From Andalucia godoyi And28 (taxonomy: Eukaryota > Protista > Jakobida), in the NCBI GenBank assembly GCA_009859145.1, contig VRVR01000013.1, positions 148,786 through 212,785 of the forward strand: 64,000 bases of DNA. Reading direction: 5' to 3'. The translations under genes and the position numbers were made by a program. This document shows positions 28,582 through 39,998 of the stretch, piece by piece. Every line of letters begins with the position of its first letter. Positions within the stretch are counted from its first letter, which is position 1. The notes beneath the pieces are model-generated. The model was not told the DNA's origin. It saw only the letters and a program-made list of their open reading frames with translations, and made no database searches.

Positions 28582-31500
28582 ATGCGTTCCAGTACTGTCT
28601 GGCAGGAGAAGCTTGTATGCATCTTCTTCTTCTTCTTCTTCTTCTCTCTTTTTATTATTTTTTTAATTTGGAGGGAAAATATGATCTGTTTTTCATTCCA
28701 AAATGCCGTAAGTATTCAGCTGACTAATGACTTATTCTTATTATTTTTTTTGTGCGGCAACGGTCTGCAATTACGTGTGTCTGTGTGTCTGTGTGTGTGT
28801 GTGTGTGTGTGTAGCCTGATTCAAAAGAAGATGGAAAGGCGCCTGCAGTCTATTCTGTTGCGTATCGACCTGGTATGTTCATTGGATCCATAGTTTATTT
28901 CCTGGTGTTTTTTTTCAATTAAGAAAGTAACTTGTTTGTGAAGTGCCAAACGTTGCTTATGAGAGAATGTGTACTAGATGGAGCTCAATTGGTGGTTGCT
29001 GCTGGGTCTCGGGTCCTTGTTTTTGATGCAGCAACGGGCGAAGTAGTGAATGTTTGCAAAGGGCATAAAGAAATGGTGTACTGTGTGTCATATGCTCCGA
29101 ATGGAAAGCGCTTTGCGTCTGGAGGAGCGGACAAGTATGTCATTCTGTGGACACCGAAAGGCGAGGGAGCGCTGAAGTACCAACATGCAGAGTCGATTCA
29201 GTGCGTGGCATTCAATCCAGTGCACCAGTACCTTGCTTCGTGCACGGCAGTGGACTTTGGATTGTGGTCTCCAGACCAGAAATCCGTTGTCAAGTTCAAG
29301 GCACCTGCGAAGATCAATTGCTGTGCATGGACGAATGACGGGTCGTATCTGGCGATTGGGATGCAGAACGGAACGATTTCGATCAGAACAAAAACAGGAG
29401 AAGAACGAACAAAAATCACGAGGAATGCTCCAATTTTCTCGATTGCTTTTGCGCCCATTCTCAATCCGCAGAGCGGTGCTGGAAATGCTGCGGGCGTCGC
29501 AACGGAGACGGCCGCAACCAATGCTGGCAAGCGAACGAATGTTACACAGGATATGCTGACGGTTGCATCGTGGGATCAAATGATCTCCTTCTATGACGGA
29601 TCGAACGGTCGCATGCTGCAACAGAAAAAGGTTGACTTTGATCCGTGTTTTGTGTCGTATTTGCCTTCGGGGGAGTACTTCATCACCGGAGGCACCGATA
29701 AGAGAGTCACATTGTGGACCAGGGACGGAATCAAGTTGTCGGTGGTTGCAGAACGCGATTCTTGGGTTTGGTCAGCTGCGTGCCGGCCTCGAAACTCGAC
29801 GGTTGCGCTCGGGACAGAGGATGGGTCTATTGCTTCCCAGCAGATGGTGTTTTCCACTGTCCACGGCTTGTATCTTGATCAATACGCCTATCGGGACAAT
29901 ATGACAGATGTGATTCTCCAGAATCTTGTGTCGGACGAAAAGATCTTGCTGAAGTGTCGCGACTACGTGAAAAAGATCGCGATTTACAAGGATAGGCTTG
30001 CTGTCCAGCTTCCCTCTCAAGTTTTGATCTACGAGGTGTACGAAGACGCAGATACTCTTCAGCTGCAGCATCGTGTTATCCAGAAGGTACCTCTTGCTCA
30101 GGAGTGTTCGCTTCTTGTCGTCACTTCCCACCATTTTTTGCTCTGCTTGGATCGTCGACTGTCTCTGTACACTTTCCATGGTGTGAAGGAGCGCGAATGG
30201 ACGGTGGAATCTGTTATTCGGTACGTCAAAGTAACGGGGGGCCCTGTCAAGAAAGAGGGCCTGCTGGTTGGGCTAAAGTCTGGAGCTGTTCTCAAGATTT
30301 TTATCGACAACCCATTCCCAATGGAGCAGCTGCGGCTGAAGGATCCTGTACGCTGCCTGGATTTGTCAGCATCGAAAGACAGGCTTGCTGCTGTGGATGA
30401 GAATTCCAATCTTCTTGTGTATGACCTTAATACAAAGGAGTTGCTGTTCACGGAACAGGGTGCCACATCTGTTGCATGGAATACTCTGGATGATGAAATG
30501 CTTTGTTTCTCGGGAATGAATGGTGTGCTTTCGATCAAAACAGGTATGTTCCCTGCGCATACGCAGCGTATGCAAGGGTTTGTTGTGGGCTTCCAAGGCT
30601 CCAAGGTTTTCTGCTTGCAGTATGTGACGATGCAAACGCTGGATGTTCCACACTCGTTCTCAATGCGTCGGTACCTCGACAAGGGAGATTACATCCGTGC
30701 GTACGAAATCGCGTGCCTTGGTGTTACCGAACAAGACTGGCGTGCTTTGGGGTCCGCTGCATTGGTTGCAATGGAGTTGAATGTTGCCCGAAAGGCGTTT
30801 GTGCGAGTCCGTGACATCCGCATGCTTGACCTCGTGCATCGCCTTGAGAACACCCGAAAAACAGCGCAGTACAAGGCAAATACGCAGCAAGAGGAAGCTT
30901 GCTTGCAAGCAGAAGTACTGGCCATTGTTGGACGATTTGAAGATGCTGCCAAAGTGTACACCAAGGTCGGTCGGAATGACATGGCCGTCGAGATGTTCTC
31001 GCAGTTGCACATGTGGGACTCGGCGATGAAATGGGCCCAGTCCTCGGCAGACACCGCTGCTGCCGGCGGTGCAAAGGGCGATGGCTTCCGCCAGGTCATG
31101 TTGCGCCAAGCCAGTGCCGCAGAAGAGGCCGGCGATTATGTTGCAGCTGGCGAAATCTACGCACGAATTGGAGAGGTTGGGAAGGCGGTGCAGTTGCTCG
31201 GCGACCACAATGCTGACGATTCTCTTGCGGATGTCATTAAGGGTCTCCAGTCGAATTCTCAAGATGCGGCGCATTTACGGACGGCATTCAAATATTTCCG
31301 GCTGCACAGACAGTATGCCTATGCCAAGGAGACTGCATTGAAGCTCGGAGATACCAGGCTGTTGCTGGAGCTGGTTGTTGAAAATCAAAAATGGGACGAA
31401 GCTTCGCCGCTTGCGCAATCCCTTCTTTCCTCTGCGACTGCAGAAAAGGAAAAGAATGCGTCTGCCGCTGCGGATACGACGGAATTTGTCGCGCGTGCAT

Positions 31501-32903
31501 TTTATTTGCCATATGCTCAATGGCTGGTTGTCCAGGATCGGTTTGAAGAGGCGCAGGCTGCGTTCCGTCTTGCTAATCGTCCGTTCGATGCGATCCGGGT
31601 GATGGAGCAACTGACCTACAATGCTGTTGTACAACGGCGATTTTCAGATGCTGCTGCGCATTTCTGGATGCTCGCCAGCGAATTGACTCGTGTTCAGTAT
31701 GACCCGGCATTCAAATCCATGCAACCACTCGTCCGAAGGCATTCAGAACGGTGCCAGCGGCTTTCCGAAATCTACTATGCGTATGACATCGTTGCCAAGT
31801 ACGTGGAGCAGCCGTTCTCGTCTCATGATGTGGAAAATCTGTTTCACACTGCGCGGTTTGCGTTGATTCGTGTCTTGGAAGACTCTGTGGCGCCGTTTGG
31901 GATCTCCCAAGGCCTTTTGTACTATGCGCTTGGCAGGCTCGGTCAGATTCTGGAATGCAACAAATTCTCGAGGTTTGCTCTTGACCGTCTGCTGCTGTTC
32001 ATGGTCCCGATGGAGTGGCGTATGAAGGCAGAATCAGCAGCATTGGCCATCCGTGGAAAGCCCTTCCGGGATCGCGAAGAAGTGCAGTACGTGTGCTACA
32101 AATGCTCTTCTGTGAATCCTTTGACCTTTTCCACGGTGCAGCATCACCAGCAGCAGCAACAACAACAGCAACAGCAACAGCAACAACAATCGATGCATAA
32201 AGCGGGGTTGAGAGGCTCTGGTTCTCGGTCGCTTGATTCGTGTGTCGCTTGCGGACACCCATTCGTTCGGTCATTCTACGGATTTCAGCCTCTTCCTCTT
32301 GTGGAATTTGAGCTGGATCAGGCTGAAGCTCCCTTTTCACACGAAGAAGCGCTTCGTATCCTGCGTTCTCGGTCTTCTGCAATTGTTCATTCTTCGGCAG
32401 CTCCAAGCGGAAGCAAGCCAAATGCCCAGAAACCAGGCGGCAAAAAGTGGAATGAAAAGAAGGATGGCTCCGCTGACGTGCTTGCGCTCAATGATTCCGT
32501 GGAATACACGGAGGATAACGATGACGACGGGGAGGGCTTCCTGGCCACGCGTGCTCCGGTTTCTCGATCCCGGCTTGCCCCATCGGACGATCCGTTTGCT
32601 CGTCAGCTTATTGCACTTGAAACTGGCCAGGTGTATGAGCCTGTTCGTGTGCTTCGAAGGCATCTCGAAGCCCTGGAGGCCGAAGAAGTCTTTGTTGTGG
32701 TTCCTGGCGGTCGCGACTCGGGCGCACCACCAAAGTACTATCGATCCATCCTTCCCGACGTTCCCATTCATTTGTGCGGTGCGTGTGGTCACTTTTTCCA
32801 TCAAGAGGACTTTTCTTTTGAATCTCTCAAGAACGGAAACGCTTGTCCGTTCTGCCGAGCACCCGCATCCACTTTGGGATCCTCTGCCACCAGCTCCAAC
32901 TGA
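28582..32903 (+). CDS. IFT122: Intraflagellar transport protein 122 (IFT-A), 3 exons: 28582-28614, 28815-28872, 28978-32903
   Basis: Splicing (GTATGC..TAG, GTATGT..TAG) yields MRSSTVWQEKLPDSKEDGKAPAVYSVAYRPDGAQLVVAAG. Followed by WD40 repeats (KGHKEMVYCVSY...FASGGADK), a TPR-like region and C-terminal Zn ribbons. Confidence 0.95.
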
Positions 32904-33312
32904 TGCTGTCAAACAAGATATTAAAAAGGATACATATCTCGCTGTTCATAGTGTGCATCCTTTTTCCTGCGTCCCCCGTCGCCCCCGATTTATTTCAAAA
33001 ACAATTAACAGTCATTTCATCTGAGTTCCCTCCTTCCTTTCTCATTACCAATTTGTGTTGTTGTTGTCTCGGTCGGGTCTCCAAGTCTTCAGTCTTTACT
33101 GCCCCCCCACTATTCTCACGCGCGAGAAACAGACGGCTGCCAATCTTCCACTTTGCGTTTTCATTTCGCGTTTTCTCTTTTTGCCCTCTCTTCTCTCCTC
33201 CTTCTTCTTTCCTTTTTCTGCTTTTCGTCCTCCTTTTCCCTCTGGTTTGTATACTTGATTTTCCGTTTCCTATCGATTTTTGGATTCGTTTGAGGCGGAT
33301 TTGGACACGAGC

Positions 33313-34215
33313 ATGAATTTGGATGTGTGGGTTTCGTCAATGTTTGGCAACCTGCAGCCAATGTTTTTTGTCAGTTCGATGATTGTGTGCGGTGCCTTGC
33401 TTGGTGTTTCTCGCGTATTCTTCTCTTCCGTGAGCCGCCACTATCGTGCGCTTCCTGGGCACATCAAGACGGAATTTGACTCTCGGATTGTTTCCAACTT
33501 CCATGCTATTTTCATGGTTGGAAGCGCGTTGTCGATGATTCAGCAGTATCCGCAAGCGATTCACATCCCCGACTTTCCGGCGGTAACGCGTTCACTCTCG
33601 TCACCAACCGACCGAATGCTCCTGTTTGAGTGGGACGTTTATCTAAGCATCTCGTTCGGATACATTGCGTACGACACACTTCTTGTGATATTCAACTGGT
33701 CAACGATTGGAATGCCTGCACAGACCATTGCGCATCACATAGGTCTTTATGCTTCGCAAACTCCTCCTTTGCATCACTATTTCGTTGGTCTTTCGTTCCT
33801 TTGCTATCTTTTTGAAGCTTCCACCCCCTTTGTGAACAACCGATGGTTCATTGATCATCTCGGACAGGTCGCTGCTAAACATCCCGAGTTGGCAAAAACC
33901 AATCCTTCCAAGTTCTCCCAGTTCTTCCTGTCGCATTCCACAACGTTTGCGAACGGGTTGGCAATGACTCTTGTGTTTTTCGCGTCTCGTATATTGCTCA
34001 ATCCGTACGTCGTGTTTAAGCTCTACTACTCGTTTGCAACGCAGGGATGGAATGAGTTCCGCATCCACTGGATTCTGTGTTCTTCGTTCTCAATCTTCTT
34101 CATGGGACTGAACTTCTACTGGTTTTCACTCATGGTCCGCGGAATTATCAAGCGGTTCTACAAGAAGCCAAGTAAGTCCCGCGATGCGAAGAACCATACG
34201 ACCAAGAGTAGTTAG
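33313..34215 (+). CDS. TLC (TRAM/LAG1/CLN8) domain membrane protein, TLCD4/TMEM56-like
   Basis: SRIVSNFHA, GYIAYDT, IAHH, FEASTPFVNNRWF, FFASRIL and LNFYWF motifs; multiple TM helices. First ATG at 33313. Confidence 0.87.
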   Translation: MNLDVWVSSMFGNLQPMFFVSSMIVCGALLGVSRVFFSSVSRHYRALPGHIKTEFDSRIVSNFHAIFMVGSALSMIQQYPQAIHIPDFPAVTRSLSSPTDRMLLFEWDVYLSISFGYIAYDTLLVIFNWSTIGMPAQTIAHHIGLYASQTPPLHHYFVGLSFLCYLFEASTPFVNNRWFIDHLGQVAAKHPELAKTNPSKFSQFFLSHSTTFANGLAMTLVFFASRILLNPYVVFKLYYSFATQGWNEFRIHWILCSSFSIFFMGLNFYWFSLMVRGIIKRFYKKPSKSRDAKNHTTKSS

Positions 34216-34686
34216 CATCTACTAACTCTCGGCCTAAAAAATATGCCGTTTCCTTATGCTCATCCCTCCCCGCGCCCCCTTCTTCCCCACTGTCAAATCG
34301 GCCCAGCAAGCAAAACCCAATTCTGGAAACCGCACCTGAACTTCAGACTCAGCAAATGGACGTCACAAGAAACATTCGATCAGGCATCCAACTGTCGCAG
34401 ACCTCGCACGTTGCAGCGTCCAACCTTGATGCCACAACTAGGTTTGTTAACTGCAATACTGCAATGCAGACTCACGACAGGTTGTCATGTCAGCGTGACA
34501 TGGTAAGGAGCCGGCTTAGCTTCCCTTTGCCAACCCCAACCGTATCGCACACTATGCTATAAGGCAGGAGTGATTCTGGCGTACTGTATCAGTGGTTTTA
34601 GTGACTGGAAGATATGGAGACAGAAGACGAAAAAACGTCGAGAGAAGAAAGACAGAGGTTTCGTTACTCGTCGGTTGTCGGATACG

Positions 34687-35468
34687 ATGCAGAACGACAA
34701 CAGCGAGCAAGCGCCGAGCGACCCAAGCGTCGAATCTTCTGGCCATTCTTCATACACCAGATCCGAATCTGCAACTTCGCGTGCTTATGATGGCGAAGAC
34801 CGTAGCCGTAACCACGAGCATGATGACGGCGAGTCGATCGGCGAGGTGCCGCAGCAGGAGGAACAGCAGCGAGCGGATGTTGCTGTGCGCGCGGTGGATG
34901 CTCGTCAAGCACCTCCAAGGGTCTTGACATATGCAAATGGTGAGCTGAAGCGCGTGAACTTGCTGTACAATGCTATTGGGTGCTTCTCGAACAGCGGAAG
35001 CGGACTAGAGCCCCAGATTCCTGACGAGCTGTTTGAAAATGGGCTGACACCCGAGGTAGTTAAAGAGTGGGCTGCCATATTAGAAGACATCCGAGCGATA
35101 CGCGCTACTGGCTGCCGCCAGTGTGGTCGCTGTCTGTTATTCCTATTTCTGCTTCCATGCCTTTGTCGCAGAGAGTGCAGGAAGATGCGTGCGAACATCG
35201 AGGAGTGGGATTCTGCATTCCGGAAATGGCAAGCAGACTTCAACAGGGAGGTCCTTGAACCCCGCTTGGAATGTTCGTCAAGTCACAGTCACATTGCGAC
35301 GTGTTTTATGACCGCAATGGTAAACATCGTATTATAGAACGGTGGCTTGCGTTCGCCATGAATCCGGTGGATGCAGAGACCCTCAAAGCGGAACCTCATC
35401 TTACCGGCGACATCGAATCCGGATGCTGCGGCGGCCCAAGCGAACATGAACTGTGCATGCATCCCTGA
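34687..35468 (+). CDS. Cys-rich protein, possibly ERF4/GOLGA7-like, interrupted by a one-base frameshift near 35262
   Basis: ORF 34687-35337 loses protein-like character after EVLEPR. The shifted frame continues LGMFVKSQSHCDVFYDRNGKHRIIERWLAFAMNP...CCGG...LCMHP* to 35468. Confidence 0.55.
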
Positions 35469-35579
35469 TCTCAACGTCGAAAACATTGTGCCCCACTCTT
35501 GTAGCTGCATTGCAATCGGTTGTATCGTAAAAAGCATATACACATTACATCACCATGCGTTCAGCATCGAGGACATCGA

Positions 35580-35745
35580 AATGGTCGTCGGGCTGCCCCG
35601 CAAGATTGAGCACACGCAGCCTGTCCTGGGGCCATTTTGGGGTTTCAACAGCGGTTGTTGCACACCGCACAAGAGTTCAGGGACTGTCAGATCAGGTCGC
35701 CATCGTCAGCGATAGTTATGGATGGTCAGTGCATAATGTCGGCGA
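35580..35745 (+). mobile_element. Possible third, more decayed Fanzor2-like 3' end relic
   Basis: GTCCTGGGGCC (VLGP) at 35623-35633, and TTATGGATGGTCAGTGCATAATGTCG (35716-35741) resembles the 4.8-kb relic tail TTAGGGATGGTCAGCCATAATTCG. Confidence 0.4.
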
Positions 35746-36199
35746 ACAATGAGATGCCATAATGTAGTCATTGTCGCCCGGCTGTGAGCACCTTTCACAT
35801 CAGTTCACTTGCCATTTGCGTAGACATTGTAGACGTTGATGCATGTTCGTGCCAGCGGCATGAACTACTTTTGCCTTGCTTTCTGTCTGTCCCTTTCTGT
35901 CTGTCCCTTTCTTTCTTTCTTCTTCTTCTTCAATAGATCCAGGGAATCAAGAATTTGCATCAAGAAGAGAAGAAAAAAACACAAAGTCAAACAAAACAGT
36001 ACGGAACAGAAGGTCAGCGATACTCGTCAATACGCAATAAAAACAATGTATATAAATAATGATAAGAGTAGAAATAGCAGAGCCAGGGTGGACTTCGGAT
36101 CCAAACAGAGTCTCAGTAGCGACCTTGGTCTCCAAACAGTGATTGAATTTTGCCACCTTTTTTTGGGTTCACATCACCGAGGGCCTGTGGCATGTTATC

Positions 36200-36460
36200 G
36201 TCGAGAACTGCCAAACATACTCGAAGACAGATCCAAGCCACGTGTTTTTATTTGGGGCGAGCACCCACTCTTCAATGCAGATTGCTCCGCATCAAAGGGT
36301 CATCGCTTCTTCTTGCTCTCCGTCTCCAACGAGAGGGGATCAACGGTTTCCTTGGTTCTCGCTATCTTCGCGCATGGCCAGTTTGAGTTTGTTGGGAAAG
36401 ATCCCTCTTTGGAGCCATGAGATGCTTTGTCTCGGATGACGGGTGCTGCGTGAGGGTTTG
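36200..36460 (-). repeat. Diverged third copy of the 306-bp dispersed element
   Basis: Shares long blocks with the 42841-43146 and 56140-56445 copies, e.g. GCATGGCCAGTTTGAGTTTGTTGGGAA, ATGCAGATTGCTC and CATCAAAGGGTCATCGCTTC. Confidence 0.8.
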
Positions 36461-36794
36461 ATTATGAAAAACGAGCAGACACAGAATAATAGAAAAAACG
36501 ACGTCGGGGAATTTTTGTTGTGGCGGGGAAATGGGAAGTCCAGCATCACTTGAGCCATCGTTGGTGTTACAGTATGTAGGAGGTGAGGTGGGGACTCTGT
36601 GGGCTTTTGCTTTCTGCATTCTTTGACGATTTCACCGACGACTGGCAGTTCGATGGCAGCTTTTTGTTCTTCGTTCTGTGCATTGTTTCGGCTTGGCTTC
36701 GTTCGCAGAGCATAGCAGACGGGACCAGAGAAGAGAAGAGAAGAGAAGAGAAGAGAATAGAAGAGGTGGAAACAAGAGGTTTTTTTGATCCGAC

Positions 36795-38696
36795 ATGTCG
36801 CAGCCCAATCCACTGATCCCGCCGCCTGTTCCTGCACCTCATCTTCTCCCCTCATCTACATTCACGCCTGCACCTGCAGCTTCCTTTCCTAACCCTAACC
36901 CTAGCCAAATTGTGAATCCGAATGTCAACCCAAATGTGGGCCAGGCACACCCTCCTCCACCGATCAACCATGTGGAATTCAAGGTTCTTCGGCTTTCGGC
37001 GCCTGTGTTTGACCGCCGTCCGGTGACGATTGACGACCCGCCGACGGACTCCGTGATCAACGCGTCTGCGCCCGAGGATGTGATCAGCAAGTTCTTTACT
37101 CTTACGCCGCGGCTTTCGCTGCCTGCGTCGTTTGGAGATGTGCGAGTCGGTGAGACGTTCCGTGCGCTCATGGTACTTGTGCGGACCCCGACGTCTTCTC
37201 CGACACTTGCACTGCGATCGGTGTGCATCCATGTGCAGGTATCGGTGCAGTCCGACGCGCTGAGCTCCACAATTGGCCAAGGTACGTCGATGGCGAATGC
37301 AAGTGCAAACGCAGGCATGATGAGCTCGGCTTCTGGAATGGGCATGGGAAAGCGAACCGTTGTGGAAACACTGCCGATGGACAACATGCCGCCTCGCTCG
37401 CATCTGGATACCGTGATCAATCACAGAGTCATGGCCCCAGGCCAGCATATCATCCAGGCAACCGCGACGTTTTCCATTGATCCAGCCGGAAACGCATCCC
37501 AGACACAGATCCAAGCTGCACAGAGCATCACTTTCCGAAGGTTTTTCAAGTTCATGGCAGTTCTTCCGTTTGCGGTGCGGTGTGTTTCGTTCATTGCAAG
37601 CAGAACTGTTGTCGCTGTCGACATTGAGTGTTTGTCGGATGCACCTCTTTGTCTTGTGGCTGTCCAGGGCATTCCAATCGCTTCCGGAAACAATTCGGGT
37701 GGAAGTGGTGGCAGCGCGTTGCTCGACGATGGCGTGTACATGAAAAAGGGAGATGTGTACAGATGCGTGAGATCTGTTTCGGTGCCTGCGTCGACGATGG
37801 ATGTGCATGTGGCGTGGCGATCATCGTTTGGTGCGAGTGGCGAGTGGCTGTTTGAGAGGAATGCCGTAGCGCTCGTGCACCCAAGCGCGTCGCCGTTCCA
37901 GTCCTCCTTCTTTTCTACTCCGAATTCAGGATCTGTCATGTCGGGAAGTGTGAGTGGGGTCGTTCGAAATCCACCGTCCCCAGCGGTTCTCGCGAGACGC
38001 TCGTCAGTTCCGCACTTGGATTTCACGGATACGATGCTTTTGCTTGCGACGCAGCCGGCAATTAACACTGTTTCTTCTTCGCAGTCTTTGCTCAATCTTG
38101 CGTCGGTTTCCGCTGCTCCGCCGACGACCGCAATTTTTGTTTCCAATCCAAGCAGCACTGGCAGTAGTGGCAGCATGATTTCCAATAGCAGCGGTCATTC
38201 CTCCGCGGCTTCCGGGATGGCGATGCCAATGATGATGGCAAACGACAAGAGCACAAAGATGACAGTCCGGATCGAGGTCTTAAAGATTGAGCCTGCGACT
38301 GTTGTTTCAGAGTCTGCATTCCGTGTCACGTTCCAGATCACGCGGCTCTCCACTGGTGAAAAGGAAAAGGAAAAGGAAACGGGCGACTTGTTGTTTTATG
38401 GCGCATATCATGGAAATACAAACTTTCCAGTCGATGGACCGCTGTCTGTGCCGTTGGGGCCTTTTGACGCATCAGGACGAATACAGTTTAGCGTCCGTTT
38501 CTTTGCCGAGTCTCCAGGATTGCATCCCCTCGGTCCCATTTATCTCGTGAACACCGCCTCTGGACAGCAATTTGCATTCCACGCGCTTCAGCATATTCTT
38601 GTCGTTCCATGCTTCTCCCTCGATGCAACTCCAGCAACCGCATCCTATGGTCAAGAGGAGACAGTGTCCGCCGCAGTCACCATTGATCCATTCTAA
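36795..38696 (+). CDS. TRAPPC13: Trafficking protein particle complex subunit 13-like (DUF974)
   Basis: FKVLRLSAP, LSLPASFGDVRVGETFRA and FRRFFKF match the TRAPPC13 N-terminal domain; low-complexity insertions. Confidence 0.78.
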   Translation: MSQPNPLIPPPVPAPHLLPSSTFTPAPAASFPNPNPSQIVNPNVNPNVGQAHPPPPINHVEFKVLRLSAPVFDRRPVTIDDPPTDSVINASAPEDVISKFFTLTPRLSLPASFGDVRVGETFRALMVLVRTPTSSPTLALRSVCIHVQVSVQSDALSSTIGQGTSMANASANAGMMSSASGMGMGKRTVVETLPMDNMPPRSHLDTVINHRVMAPGQHIIQATATFSIDPAGNASQTQIQAAQSITFRRFFKFMAVLPFAVRCVSFIASRTVVAVDIECLSDAPLCLVAVQGIPIASGNNSGGSGGSALLDDGVYMKKGDVYRCVRSVSVPASTMDVHVAWRSSFGASGEWLFERNAVALVHPSASPFQSSFFSTPNSGSVMSGSVSGVVRNPPSPAVLARRSSVPHLDFTDTMLLLATQPAINTVSSSQSLLNLASVSAAPPTTAIFVSNPSSTGSSGSMISNSSGHSSAASGMAMPMMMANDKSTKMTVRIEVLKIEPATVVSESAFRVTFQITRLSTGEKEKEKETGDLLFYGAYHGNTNFPVDGPLSVPLGPFDASGRIQFSVRFFAESPGLHPLGPIYLVNTASGQQFAFHALQHILVVPCFSLDATPATASYGQEETVSAAVTIDPF

Positions 38697-39413
38697 TCGA
38701 CGCCCGCCGAGGTACGTCTATAACCTTTGGAACAATAAATAAACTTCCATTGTACAGGAACATTTCAGCACTCAGCTCTTCTTCGGCCTGGACTGCTTTG
38801 AGGTCTTTGAGTCAAACGATGCAGCCGGAAGCACCCAGCCGAGCGCGCGGTACAGAGAAGGCTGAGGGTACCATTTGGACACCGTGAGAGTCGCAGTTGC
38901 AGCAGCAGCGAGTGGAGGGCCGTTTCCTGCGTGCTGCTGCGGCTCGCTTGCGCAAATCGGCTGTGTGTCATCTGCCGACGATCGTAGCGATCCGTCCACG
39001 CGGTGAACTCCCGCAGATTCAAATGCAATCACACGAGCAGGCTTCATCATTATCTATCGGCTATGCATACCCGCTGTCTCCCTGAAATTCGTGTCGTGAT
39101 TGTGGATGATGACGACGAGAATGATGATTCCGACTCTGTCGAGCGGTGCAGAATGCCTGTCTACAGCAGATACAGAGAGATCGTTGACGCTCAAGCACGC
39201 ACTCAAGTTCGTCGCCAGAACTCTTTTTCCCAATGCGTTGTTGTGTCGACTAGGTGTTCGTTTTCCAGTTTGTTTTGTTGCTGTTGTTACTTTGCAGCGT
39301 TCTCACACTGGGCTCAGTCGCACACTGGCTCGCAGTCACTGGGGTTCGCACCGCATCGACACTCGATCGTTGCAGGCTTGTTTGTGTGTTTGTGTGCTTG
39401 GTTGTATTTTGAA

Positions 39414-39710
39414 ATGGGTTCGTGGCCAACAGTCGTACATGGAAGGGGACGGGGGTTTCTTCCGGGCGCAAAGAGCCTGCGGTACTTTATGCTGCAGAGC
39501 CAGGCGATTGCGCTGTACCGCCGCGTGTGTCGGTGCACGGCGCCCCGGAGTCTTGCGGACCGGGCGCTTGCTCTTGACATTCGCAGACAAGCTCGATCGG
39601 AGTTCGAGGCGAATCGCAATGTCGTGGACGAGTTTCACATGAGAACACTTCTTGCGGACGGACACGCCAGGCTCAAACAGCTCAAGCAATGCTTCCATCT
39701 CGTCGAGTAA
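39414..39710 (+). CDS. LYR-motif protein, LYRM2-like
   Basis: SLRYFMLQSQAIALYRR...ARSEFEANR...LLADG pattern. ATG at 39414 inside a longer non-ATG ORF. Confidence 0.78.
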   Translation: MGSWPTVVHGRGRGFLPGAKSLRYFMLQSQAIALYRRVCRCTAPRSLADRALALDIRRQARSEFEANRNVVDEFHMRTLLADGHARLKQLKQCFHLVE

Positions 39711-39998
39711 AACATCGGTTGCACTGCTGTATCCGGGCAATGGTGATCTTTTCATTCTGGAGGATGCGCGTCAGTCGTAAAAAGAATCATAAGAATTTGA
39801 AAGTCGTTCTTCTTTCTTCATTTCCTTTATTTCCTTGACTTTTCTTGATTTGTACAGTGTATATGGAGCAGGCCTTTTTTGTTGGGCTCTTGGTTCACGG
39901 AATGAGGCTACCTGCACAATTCACACCATTCTCACAATTCACACGAGTCCTGACCACAAAGTAGTCATCCGCAAGCATTTTTTGATCACTGGCACTTC

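Noticed and set aside
38760-39400. Short minus-strand ORFs and a GTATGC donor between TRAPPC13 and the LYR gene
   Set aside because: No coherent spliced product or recognisable motif.
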